A stretch of 32,000 nucleotides of DNA from Candidatus Iainarchaeum sp. (GCA_028713935.1 JAQTNI010000005.1:1-32000), one strand, 5' to 3'; positions 23,302-32,000 are shown, numbered from the stretch's first letter. Notes: generated by a model not told the origin, from the sequence alone. A program made the numbers and translations.

Positions 23302-24012
23302 ATGGCTTCTGATTTAATCGGCATGCTCCGGGAACAACTTGTCTTTCCAATGGCAAGCGTGCTTCTCTGGCTAGTGCTGGCTTTGGTAATAATGGTTGTC
23401 TTTTGGCTGATTTCAAAAGCAGTCAAAAGAATAGTTGTGCAAATACTGCAGAGCTTCGGGGTTGACGCCTGGATTGAAGAGCACAAAATAGGCAGTGCAA
23501 TCGGAAACAAAAAAGTTTCAGAAGTCCTCGGAAGCCTTGCAAAATGGTACTTCATAGTTTTCGGATTGGCAATCGTGGTTGAAACACCAGCCTTTTTTGG
23601 AAAATTCCTTGGCTTTGACATAATTCCAATGCCGGGCCTAAGCGATTTCCTATGGACACTCGCAAAATACCTTCCAATGGCATTAGGCGGAGTACTATTC
23701 TTTGTGCTAGCACTCTTGTTTGCCAAATACATCGGCAACCAGGTCCTTTCAATACAGCACAAACTAAAGCACCTCGCAGCGGCAATACTTGAAGGATTAA
23801 TAGTATTGTTTGCCGCAGTAGTGGCACTCCAAATGATTCTTGGAAACGCAATTGCCCAGACAATACTCCAATTGTTGCAAATATTCATACAGCCATTCAT
23901 TATTGCATTGGCAATAGTATTTGGAATAGTGGCAGGATTGGCAGCAGGGCTTGGATTCAAGGACGAACTGCAAAAATTCGCCAAAGAAGTCAAAAAAGAA
24001 TACTGGCCATAA
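23302..24012 (+). CDS. Integral membrane protein (multi-TM)
   Basis: 236-aa ORF with about 5-6 hydrophobic helices. A hairpin plus T-run follows at about 24045-24078. Confidence 0.65.
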   Translation: MASDLIGMLREQLVFPMASVLLWLVLALVIMVVFWLISKAVKRIVVQILQSFGVDAWIEEHKIGSAIGNKKVSEVLGSLAKWYFIVFGLAIVVETPAFFGKFLGFDIIPMPGLSDFLWTLAKYLPMALGGVLFFVLALLFAKYIGNQVLSIQHKLKHLAAAILEGLIVLFAAVVALQMILGNAIAQTILQLLQIFIQPFIIALAIVFGIVAGLAAGLGFKDELQKFAKEVKKEYWP

Positions 24013-24307
24013 ATCAAACTTGGCGCAATTGTAAAAAGGGCTTTACAGCCCCTTTCTTCTTTTTTTTAATTTTCTCCAAAAAGGCGAATCCATACTTTTT
24101 TAAACAATTCACAGGCAAAATTGTGTTATGAGAAGGGATTTACAAATACTGCGAAGGGATTTACAAATCTTGGGCACTTAAGCCAGAAACTGTTTCTTTT
24201 GCCCGCACAAAACAAATAAATACAAAAAAATTCATTTTCAATGCATTCAATTCTTATTTAAATAATTGCAATTTAAAATTAACAAGGCAACAAGGAGGAA
24301 ACAAAAA

Positions 24308-24474
24308 GGGCGTGTAGCTCAGCCTGGTTGGAGCAATGGTCTTATAGAGCCTTTTCTTGCAAGCAAGAAAAGCCTCGGGAAAAGAAGCTTTTGCAATGCA
24401 AAAGCAGTATTGTCCCAAAAGAGCAAGAGGTTGAAGCAAGCCATAGGTCGAGGGTTCAAATCCCTCCATGCCCA
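24308..24474 (+). tRNA. tRNA-Ile (anticodon TAT/UAU) with a 92-nt intron at the canonical 37/38 position (intron 24347-24438)
   Basis: - Hand-folded cloverleaf: acceptor GGGCGTG/CATGCCC with discriminator A; D arm GCTC-AGCCTGGTTG-GAGC; anticodon stem ATGGT/GCCAT; loop CT-TAT-A|A; variable loop AGGTC; T arm GAGGG-TTCAAAT-CCCTC.
- Around the splice sites: 3' bulge CAA, central helix C-G, T-A, T-A and A.G, 5' bulge TAG, outer helix of 8 bp (24348-24355 with 24425-24432). This is a near-canonical BHB.
- No CCA is encoded. Confidence 0.8.
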
Positions 24475-24550
24475 CTGCCCTTTTCTCTTTTGAAAAAAGA
24501 GAAAAGTGTAAGTTGCCCAAAAGAGAAAAACATGGACTTTGGATAAACAG
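24475..24550 (+). repeat. ~75-nt intergenic repeat, copy B
   Basis: It starts immediately after the tRNA 3' end. The hairpin at 24480-24506 carries a compensatory T-A to C-G change relative to copy A. Confidence 0.7.
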
Positions 24551-24579
24551 ATTCCAAAACAAAAAAGAGCGTGGAAAAA

Positions 24580-27459
24580 ATGGGGAAACAATTGGAACAG
24601 TTTTCAAGGCAAAAGGAAGAGGAAATAAGGGAATTCTGGAAAAAACAGAAAATTTCAGAAAAGGCGCGCAGGCAGAATGCAAAATCCAAAAAAAAATTTT
24701 ATTTTATGGATGGCCCGCCATATGCAACAGGCCATATTCACATGGGAACAGCCCTGAACAAGATTCTCAAGGATGTTGCAATGAGAAGCAGGCGCATGCA
24801 GGGCTTTGATGTTTTTGACAGGCCAGGCTATGACACACACGGAATGCCAATTGAATACAAGGTAGAGCAGAAATTCGGCTTCCGCACCAAGGAGGAAATT
24901 GAAAAATTCGGCATTGAAAAATTTGTCCAGGAATGCAGGAAATTTGCAACAGAATTCATTGGAGTAATGAACAGTGAGTTTGATGATTTAGGCGTATGGA
25001 TGGACTGGGAAAATCCTTACAAGACACTTGAAAATTCTTATATTGAATCAATCTGGTGGACATTCAAAAAAGCAGAGCAAAAAGGCTATTTGTACAAGGG
25101 TCTTTATCCTGTTCATGTCTGCCCGCAATGTGAAACAGTGGTTGCCTTCAATGAAATAGAATATTCAAAGCAGACAGACACTTCTGTTTATGAAAAATTA
25201 AAGGTAAAAGGGACTGAAAACAAATATTTTGTGGTATGGACAACAACTCCCTGGACAATTCCTGCAAACACCGGAATAATGGTTCACCCGAATTTTGATT
25301 ATGTCGAGGCACAGGTAGGCGGAGAAATCTGGATTATTGCAAAAGAAAGATTGCAGGGCTTAATGACTGCAATAGAAGCGGGCTATACAATTTTGCGCGA
25401 ATTTAAGGGAAAAGAACTGGAAAACATGCAATATGAAAATCCCCTTGAAAAATATCTTGCGCTTCCCGAATTAAAAAATGCTTTCAGAGTGATACTTTCA
25501 GAGAGGTATGTGCATCTTGATGCAGGAACAGGCCTGGTTCACACTGCTCCAGGTCATGGAAAAGAAGATTTTGACGCCGGAAGAAAATCCGGCTTGCCAG
25601 CGATCTGCCCAGTTGGCTTGGATGGCTTAATGACAAAAGAAGCGGGAAAATATGCTGGCAAAAAAGCCAGGATTGTTGATGCGGAAATAATTGAAGACCT
25701 TAAAACAGAAAATGCTTTTGTTTATTCGCATCCAGAAACGCATGATTATCCAATCTGCTGGCGCTGCAAAAGCCCTTTGCTCATGCTTTCAGTTGACCAG
25801 TGGTTTTTAAGCATAAAAGAAATCCAGAAAAAAGCAATTGAACTGAATAAAGAAGTGAACTGGGTTCCTTCCTGGATGAAAGACAGGATGAATGACTGGC
25901 TTGAAAACATTTATGATTGGCCAGTGACAAGGGCAAGATATTGGGGAGCTCCCTGCCCTGTATGGGAATGCAAATGCGGAGAAAGGTTAGTAATCGGCTC
26001 TTTGAAAGAGCTTGAAAAAGCCTCTGGTCAGGAACTGAAAAGCCTTGAATTGCACAAGCCATACATTGATGAACAGGTGAAAATAAAATGCAGAAAGTGC
26101 GGCAATGAAATGAAAAGAGTTCCAGATATTCTTGATGTTTGGTTTGATGCAGGGGTTAGCAGCTGGGCAGCGCTTGGTTTTCCCCAGAGCAGCAAATTGT
26201 TTGATGCTTTCTGGCCAGCAGATTTGAACATTGAAGGCACAGATCAGGTAAGGGGCTGGTGGAATGCGCAATTGCTTTGCTCAATAATTTCTTTTGAAAA
26301 AAAGCCATTCAAGGCAATCGGCACTCACGGAATGGTTCTCGATTTGGGAAAGAAAAAAATGTCAAAATCATTCGGGAATGCTGTGCAGCCAAAAGAAGTT
26401 GTTGAAAAATATTCAAGGGATTACCTGCGATGCATGTTTGCAAAAAAAAGCACTGGCATTGACATGGCTTTTGACTGGGAAAGCCTCGAAGAAATCCACA
26501 GGTTTTTCAATGTTTTTTTCAACACATATAATTTTGCTGGAATGTATCTTTCAATTGATTTTTCAAAAATCCTAAAAACAAAAAAATTCTCTTCCAAAGG
26601 GCTTAACCCTGAAGACAAATGGATTTTAAGCAAATTCAATTCCCTTGCAAAAGAATGCATTGATTCATACAATAATTACGAATTTTTCAGGGCAGCGAAT
26701 GCAATAGAACAATTTGTAATGGAAGAACTAAGCAGGACTTACATAAAAATAATCCGCGACAGGACAGGCGGGAAAACACAAAAAGCGCTTGAAACTTCGC
26801 TTGGAACAGTATTGCTCGGCCTGCTAAGGCTTTCAGCGCCAATAATTCCGCATTCCTCTGAATTTGTTTACCGGGCACTGCGCTCAAAAACAATGCCTGA
26901 ATCAGTGCACTTGCTGCAATTGCCAATGCCAGACAAAAAACTGGTTGATTCAAAGCTGGAAACAGAATTTGAAAAAACAAAGCAATTATTGCAGGCAGCG
27001 CTTGCACTGAGGGAAGAGCAAAAGCTCAGGCTCAGATGGCCTTTAAGGGGGCTTGTGATTGTTTCAAAAACAGGAAAAGAATTCTCAGAAACAAAAAGCA
27101 TAATTGCAACAATTGCAAACGTAAAAAAAGTTTCCGAATCAAAAGTTTCCCCTGAAGGAAATTTTGCAAAAAAAGAAATTGCAGGAATTTCATTGTTCCT
27201 GGACATTGCTGCTGATGCCGCTTTGAAAGAAGAATGGGAATTCCAGGAGCTCAGGAGAAAAATACAGGAACTGCGGAAAAAAGCAAACCTTGCACCAGGC
27301 CAAAAGGCAATTCTCCTGCTTGACTGCAGCGACCCGGCCTTTACAAAAAAATTTTCAAGGCAGATTGAAGAAGAAACAAGCACAAAAATCAGGCCAGCAA
27401 AAGGGCAAATGGAAAAGCTCCTTGAAAGGGAATTTTTTGTGCAACTTGAAACCAAGTGA
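24580..27459 (+). CDS. ileS: Isoleucyl-tRNA synthetase
   Basis: 'DGPPYATGHIHMGTALNKILKD' is the HIGH region. 'WTTTPWTIPAN' and 'KMSKS' ('KKKMSKSFGN') are present, as are zinc-binding CxxC pairs. The ATG at 24580 is preferred over the GTG at 24571. Confidence 0.93.
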   Translation: MGKQLEQFSRQKEEEIREFWKKQKISEKARRQNAKSKKKFYFMDGPPYATGHIHMGTALNKILKDVAMRSRRMQGFDVFDRPGYDTHGMPIEYKVEQKFGFRTKEEIEKFGIEKFVQECRKFATEFIGVMNSEFDDLGVWMDWENPYKTLENSYIESIWWTFKKAEQKGYLYKGLYPVHVCPQCETVVAFNEIEYSKQTDTSVYEKLKVKGTENKYFVVWTTTPWTIPANTGIMVHPNFDYVEAQVGGEIWIIAKERLQGLMTAIEAGYTILREFKGKELENMQYENPLEKYLALPELKNAFRVILSERYVHLDAGTGLVHTAPGHGKEDFDAGRKSGLPAICPVGLDGLMTKEAGKYAGKKARIVDAEIIEDLKTENAFVYSHPETHDYPICWRCKSPLLMLSVDQWFLSIKEIQKKAIELNKEVNWVPSWMKDRMNDWLENIYDWPVTRARYWGAPCPVWECKCGERLVIGSLKELEKASGQELKSLELHKPYIDEQVKIKCRKCGNEMKRVPDILDVWFDAGVSSWAALGFPQSSKLFDAFWPADLNIEGTDQVRGWWNAQLLCSIISFEKKPFKAIGTHGMVLDLGKKKMSKSFGNAVQPKEVVEKYSRDYLRCMFAKKSTGIDMAFDWESLEEIHRFFNVFFNTYNFAGMYLSIDFSKILKTKKFSSKGLNPEDKWILSKFNSLAKECIDSYNNYEFFRAANAIEQFVMEELSRTYIKIIRDRTGGKTQKALETSLGTVLLGLLRLSAPIIPHSSEFVYRALRSKTMPESVHLLQLPMPDKKLVDSKLETEFEKTKQLLQAALALREEQKLRLRWPLRGLVIVSKTGKEFSETKSIIATIANVKKVSESKVSPEGNFAKKEIAGISLFLDIAADAALKEEWEFQELRRKIQELRKKANLAPGQKAILLLDCSDPAFTKKFSRQIEEETSTKIRPAKGQMEKLLEREFFVQLETK

Positions 27460-27465
27460 TAACAA

Positions 27466-28392
27466 ATGGAGAAACCGGATGAAATAATTGATTTTTCCCT
27501 TGAAGGAAAAAAAACTGCGAATGATTTTGTGCAGGGCCTTGCAGGGGTTGGGTTTCAGGCAGGGCATCTTGCAGAAGCAGTTGAATTGATTGAAAAAATG
27601 AAAAAGGAAAAGGCAACAATTTTTTTCGGCTTTACTGCAAATCTTGTTGCATCTGGCCTGCGAGGGATAATCGCTGAAATGTGCAAAAAAAAATTTGTCA
27701 ATGTTGTTGTAACAACAGCGGGCGCGATTGACCATGACATAATAAAAACTTTCAAGCCTTACCTTAAAGGAAGCTTTAACCTTGATGACATTGGATTGCA
27801 CAAAAAAGGGATTAACAGGCTTGGAAACATTCTTGTGCCTAATAAGCGCTTTGAATTGCTGGAAGAAAAAACACAGGCCTGGTTCAAAGAAATTTTTGCA
27901 AAGCAAAAAGCAATTTCTCCCAGCGCACTTGCAAAATTCTTCGGTGAAAAGCTTGATGAAACAAGCTTTTTGTATTGGTGCAATAAAAACAACATTCCTG
28001 TTTTCTGCCCCGGAATAACAGACGGGGCAATTGGCCTGCAAATGTATTTTTTCAAGCAGGACCACAAGGATTTTGTTGTTGATGTAACAGGGGACATGAA
28101 ACAGCTTGCAGACATTGTGCTTAATGCGGAAAAAACAGGTGCAATTGTTTTGGGAGGGGGAATCTCAAAGCACCACATTATTGGAAGCAACATTGTCAGG
28201 GAAGGCCTGGATTTTGCTGTTTATGTCTGCACTGCCCAGGAATTTGACGGAAGCTTAAGCGGTGCCCAGACAAGGGAGGCAAAAAGCTGGGGAAAAATAA
28301 AAGAAGAAGCCAATTCAATAAATGTCAATTGCGATGCAACAATTGCCTTTTCCCTTATGGCGGCTGCATTGAAAGACAAGAAATTGCTGTAA
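27466..28392 (+). CDS. dys: Deoxyhypusine synthase
   Basis: 'GFTANLVASGLRGIIAEM...VVTTAGAIDHDIIK', 'IPVFCPGITDGAIG', 'GGGISKHHI' and 'EAKSWGKI' are present. It starts 6 nt after the ileS stop. Confidence 0.9.
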   Translation: MEKPDEIIDFSLEGKKTANDFVQGLAGVGFQAGHLAEAVELIEKMKKEKATIFFGFTANLVASGLRGIIAEMCKKKFVNVVVTTAGAIDHDIIKTFKPYLKGSFNLDDIGLHKKGINRLGNILVPNKRFELLEEKTQAWFKEIFAKQKAISPSALAKFFGEKLDETSFLYWCNKNNIPVFCPGITDGAIGLQMYFFKQDHKDFVVDVTGDMKQLADIVLNAEKTGAIVLGGGISKHHIIGSNIVREGLDFAVYVCTAQEFDGSLSGAQTREAKSWGKIKEEANSINVNCDATIAFSLMAAALKDKKLL

Positions 28393-28466
28393 ATTTTTAT
28401 TGCGGATTTTTGAATCAGTACTGGCAAGAAAACGTTTTTTAACCCTTATTGGCTATTCTTTTAGCA

Positions 28467-31400
28467 ATGTCACGGAATATAATTCTTTTTGGATTGTTCT
28501 TAGTTTTTTTTTGCGCAGAAGTTTTAGCAACCCAAAGTATTGCTGTTATAGCGCCTAATGGCGCTCAGGATCTAAACGGAATAATTGATGTTCAGTTGAG
28601 CATTCAGAATGCAGATGATACCTTTAATCTTGATTTGAATATTTCCAGTTCCAATGACCAGAATGGATTGGTGGTTTTTAATGACGTGAACTGGTCCTAT
28701 TTGTCATGTTCTGCAAATACTTTTATTGCCTCTCCTGCAACCTGCCATTTTGCCTTACAAACCAGGAAATATCCCGACGGGAACTATTTTGTTCGAGCGG
28801 CTTTGGATGACGGCGGAACAGTTGCAGCAGATGCCAGCGATTCCTCTTTTTACATTGATAATCATGCACCAAAGATAAGCTTTGGCACGGTTGGAACAGA
28901 CAAAACGGTTTCTTTCCAGGTAAATGACAATAGTTATTTGGACAATAACATAATGGCGGTATATGAAGACACAAACACTATTCGGGTTTATATGGACCGC
29001 GGCCTTCCAAATGCCTTGCAGTGGGGAATGCACAGGATTGATTCCAACAATGTTTGGGGCATGACTCATGCAACCATTGGAACAATGTTTGGCCAACAAG
29101 AATTTTTTGATAATTTGGATACAGCACACGTTTCAACCACTGGCAGTTGGTCTACAATAACTAATTCGAGCGCATATGGCGGTTCTTATATCTATTCCTC
29201 ACAGGTCGGGGCAACTGCGACAATTACTTTTACAGGAAATAAAATAACACTATTGACCGCGAGGAATACTCTCGGGGGGCAAGCCAATGTAAAAATTGAT
29301 GGCCGTTCTGACTTGGCAAACCTTCTTCCAGTTGATGTCAATGGAAACGCGTTCATCACGTTTTATTGGGGAAGTGGTTTGGACCGTAATGCACAGATTC
29401 CCATTGCAGACGATTTGAATAGTGGAACACACCAATTAGTAATAACCCACAGGTATAATTCTGCTTATCCAAGTGGTGTAACATATGTAAGCGGAGCAGT
29501 AGACCAAAATTACCTGTATTCCTTTTCTAATCCATCTTCCTTTGTCAGCAAACAAAAAATTGTAGACGGCACCTATGCCGGAACAGCCAACGAATACGTT
29601 TTTTATTATACTGGCGGCGGCTTCATGGGAAATGGCCACGCGAACGATAAAATACAGTGGGATGCGGACGGACAGGAAATTGAACTATTGTTGGATGGAA
29701 TACCAACAACCATGAATGTGGGGGATGTAAACATTGTTCATTCTTTTGAATTTGACGAAAATTCTTTTTTAAGCCGGCCAACAGGAGCACTGGACCAAAA
29801 CATTGGAGACGTTCAGCGAAAAGAAATCTTCACAAGCGCGGGGTTAGATGTTAATTATTCCGTTAGATGGTTCAATACTGACACGCCCTATTCTCTGGGG
29901 AACAATGCATCATGCTATATCGCCATGCTGCCAATTGTTGGGGATTATAACACAAGCCAATTCGGAACAATAAACGGAACAAGATACCTTTTCCTCAAAA
30001 ACGGAACCTATGTTGGAAACGTAATAGCAACCAGTGCGCTGTTCACCACTTCCTACAGCAACCTGTATTCCGCTCTTGAAATAATGAATCCTGAAAACAG
30101 TTACACCCCGTTTTCTGGGAGAGGCACGCTTATCCTGTCATATGCAAACAACACTATAGACAAAGCCTACTTTGATATATGCCAAGGAGCCGCCATAACA
30201 CCAACAGAAAACCAAACATTTACTGTACAAAGCCGCTACACAGTCGATTACAACACTGCTTCAACCGGAACCCCAATAACAATAACCGCAACCCTTTCAC
30301 CCGGAACAGGCACTTTCAATCAGGAAACTGATTGCACTGGTTCATCGCAAGCCAGTTGTTCCTATACCGAAAATGGCATTGTTAGCGGGAACAACACTCT
30401 TTCGGTAACGGCTGCTGACAATTTGGGTTCTTCTTCAACAGCCCTGTCGAGTTTTTACTTTCCTTTTCCGCCGGATGGGAACATTGCCAAAATTGATGGT
30501 TATCCTGACAATCAGGCACTGCCTGTTTTTTCGTATGTTCGCGATGGAAATCTTACTATTGATTTTAATGTCCAAAATATTGATGTGAATAATTTGTTGG
30601 TTGACTTGAATTATTCTTCTCAGAAAACCCAAGGAACAGGGACTGTGATTGTTGCTGATTTGAATCTGAACACGTTGGGCACAACAGGGGCGTATCATTG
30701 TGAAGACACTAATTTTTTGAATGCTACGGATTGTGGAATTGACTGGAACATTGCAACTGTCCCTGACGGAAATTATTATTTGTTGCTTTTGGTGAAAGAC
30801 GGCGTTAATACGGATTTTAATTCTTCTGACAACAATTTTATGGTTGACAATACTGCTCCAACTGTCAGTATTTCTTCGCCAACTGATGGTTCTACAAGTA
30901 CTTCTTCAACAGTGACACTTCAGTATTCGGGAAGCGATTCCAATTCCGGCATTGCGCGTTATTGGGTTGCAGTGGACAGCAATGCAGCTGGCTCGTTCAT
31001 AGATAATAATCTTAATGCCAGTTATTCTTTTACTGGCCAGGTTAATGGAATCCATGTTTATTATGTGAAAGCAACTGACAATGCAGACAACAACAGTTCT
31101 GATGCAAATGTAACTGTTACTGTTTCTGTTTCAGGTGAAAACAATAATGGCAGCGGGGAAATCTGTGGCAATGGCTATTGCCATTATGCGTTTGAAACCT
31201 GTTCTTCCTGCCCAGCTGATTGCGGGGCCTGCCAAACAGCAGGCGACAATGGCAATGGGCAAGAATCTGGGCAGGGGGCTTTGACTGTAAAGCAGGAGGA
31301 AAGCGCTTTCTTAGAAAAAGAATATTTTTCTTTTGTGGATGGCAGCATTGGAATAATCGAAGAAGGCAATGAAAATCTTGGGCTGAATTTAAAAAGAATT

Positions 31401-32000
31401 GTTACGGAAAAAGAAATAAAAATTTCCAGGAGCATGAAAATGTTTTCTCTCCTGAATTCCAAGGCAGAGCAAAAAGGCTTTTTCAACAAAATAACTCTTT
31501 TTATTGAAAACATTTCCGGCAAAAATTTGGACAACTTGGAAATACTGGAAAGCATTCCAAAAGAGTTTGCGGAAAAAGCCTCACAAATAAAAAGCAATTA
31601 TCCATTTGAAACAATAAAAGAAGACCCGCTGATAAAATTCAATTTGCCAACGCTTTCTGCTGGAAAAAAAGTGGAAATAACTTATGACTTCAACAATACA
31701 AGCCAAACAAAGCAAAAAATAGAGGAAGCATTCAACAAATTGGAAGCGCCGGCAGTACTCATTGCAATGACTGAAAAAGACAATTGTTTGGGAGTTTTAT
31801 GCAATGATTCTAACTCCTGCACAGTTGATATCTGCATCGAAGGCGGATGCGCTTACAAGCCAAAATGTGTAAACGGGGCAATTTGTGACAATGGCAAGTG
31901 CATCAGGGCAACAGAAACACAACAGCCAATCCAGGAACAAGAAAAAACAATGCAAACAGACTCAATAATTATTGTAATAGTAACAGTGATTGGGATTATT
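28467..32000 (+). CDS. Giant secreted surface protein (partial, continues beyond the window) with Ig-like repeats, Cys-rich modules and a probable C-terminal TM anchor
   Basis: - Absent from the ORF track because it has no stop in the window.
- I checked every codon from the ATG at 28467 to 32000 (1178 codons) and found no in-frame stop.
- Signal-like N-terminus 'MSRNIILFGLFLVFFCAEVLA', with many N-x-S/T sequons.
- Internal repeats ('PDGNYF...FYIDNHAPKISF' and 'PDGNYY...FMVDNTAPTVSI').
- Cys motif 'CGNGYCHYAFETCSSCPADCGAC', and a hydrophobic stretch 'SIIIVIVTVIGII' at the window edge. Confidence 0.8.
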   Translation, partial: MSRNIILFGLFLVFFCAEVLATQSIAVIAPNGAQDLNGIIDVQLSIQNADDTFNLDLNISSSNDQNGLVVFNDVNWSYLSCSANTFIASPATCHFALQTRKYPDGNYFVRAALDDGGTVAADASDSSFYIDNHAPKISFGTVGTDKTVSFQVNDNSYLDNNIMAVYEDTNTIRVYMDRGLPNALQWGMHRIDSNNVWGMTHATIGTMFGQQEFFDNLDTAHVSTTGSWSTITNSSAYGGSYIYSSQVGATATITFTGNKITLLTARNTLGGQANVKIDGRSDLANLLPVDVNGNAFITFYWGSGLDRNAQIPIADDLNSGTHQLVITHRYNSAYPSGVTYVSGAVDQNYLYSFSNPSSFVSKQKIVDGTYAGTANEYVFYYTGGGFMGNGHANDKIQWDADGQEIELLLDGIPTTMNVGDVNIVHSFEFDENSFLSRPTGALDQNIGDVQRKEIFTSAGLDVNYSVRWFNTDTPYSLGNNASCYIAMLPIVGDYNTSQFGTINGTRYLFLKNGTYVGNVIATSALFTTSYSNLYSALEIMNPENSYTPFSGRGTLILSYANNTIDKAYFDICQGAAITPTENQTFTVQSRYTVDYNTASTGTPITITATLSPGTGTFNQETDCTGSSQASCSYTENGIVSGNNTLSVTAADNLGSSSTALSSFYFPFPPDGNIAKIDGYPDNQALPVFSYVRDGNLTIDFNVQNIDVNNLLVDLNYSSQKTQGTGTVIVADLNLNTLGTTGAYHCEDTNFLNATDCGIDWNIATVPDGNYYLLLLVKDGVNTDFNSSDNNFMVDNTAPTVSISSPTDGSTSTSSTVTLQYSGSDSNSGIARYWVAVDSNAAGSFIDNNLNASYSFTGQVNGIHVYYVKATDNADNNSSDANVTVTVSVSGENNNGSGEICGNGYCHYAFETCSSCPADCGACQTAGDNGNGQESGQGALTVKQEESAFLEKEYFSFVDGSIGIIEEGNENLGLNLKRIVTEKEIKISRSMKMFSLLNSKAEQKGFFNKITLFIENISGKNLDNLEILESIPKEFAEKASQIKSNYPFETIKEDPLIKFNLPTLSAGKKVEITYDFNNTSQTKQKIEEAFNKLEAPAVLIAMTEKDNCLGVLCNDSNSCTVDICIEGGCAYKPKCVNGAICDNGKCIRATETQQPIQEQEKTMQTDSIIIVIVTVIGII

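Noticed and set aside
23238-24017. N-terminal ~260 codons of the 441-aa minus-strand ORF 22692..24017
   Set aside because: This part is antisense to a convincing multi-TM membrane protein gene (23302..24012). It is low-complexity (Ser/Thr/Ile/Ala-rich) with no motifs. The P-loop kinase domain begins at the internal ATG (23237), which gives a normal 181-aa protein.
24347-24438. Box C/D guide RNA embedded in the tRNA intron (as in haloarchaeal tRNA-Trp)
   Set aside because: The intron contains no UGAUGA or CUGA boxes.
26868-28193. Minus-strand ORFs 26868..27455, 27355..28065 and 27759..28193
   Set aside because: They are antisense to ileS and deoxyhypusine synthase, both identified through multiple signature motifs, so they are probably non-coding shadows.

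Overview
This is a visibly AT-rich, gene-dense archaeal segment. The archaeal hallmarks are a group II chaperonin (thermosome), an archaeal-type IleRS, deoxyhypusine synthase, a tRNA with a bulge-helix-bulge intron, Lrp/AsnC regulators and a histone-fold-like protein. Many secreted Cys-rich or Ig-like surface proteins, small accessory modules and a tRNA-Ile(UAU) suggest a small-genome, DPANN-like archaeon; that placement is inference only. All calls rest on reading the sequence and recognising motifs by eye. No searches, folding or GC computation were run.

Layout:
- **1-10.2 kb, accessory block.** It holds a SWIM protein plus HNH nuclease, an AbiEi/AbiEii-like module, a second nucleotidyltransferase, ArsM and small wHTH proteins. 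A repeated intergenic element (core TGGGCGAACTGA) punctuates it. One copy has a near-canonical box C/D sRNA layout.
- **10.2-14 kb.** A secreted beta-propeller lipoprotein, a SIMPL protein and a histone-fold-like protein.
- **14-18.9 kb, the most interesting locus.** A tandem-Lrp regulator is transcribed divergently from four unannotated paralogous 25-29 aa peptide ORFs. These sit directly upstream of a B12-binding radical SAM enzyme, a RiPP-like architecture. A GNAT-like ORF follows, then a convergent kinase-fold plus papain/NlpC-P60-like gene pair.
- **18.9-20.7 kb.** hicAB and hypothetical genes.
- **20.8-28.4 kb, housekeeping.** Thermosome, a P-loop kinase, a membrane protein, tRNA-Ile(UAU) with a 92-nt intron, ileS and deoxyhypusine synthase. 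A conserved ~75-nt repeat follows both the thermosome gene and the tRNA.
- **28467 to the window end.** One uninterrupted ORF of at least 1178 codons, absent from the ORF track, encodes a giant secreted surface protein.

No rRNA genes, CRISPR arrays or recognisable transposases or integrases were seen.
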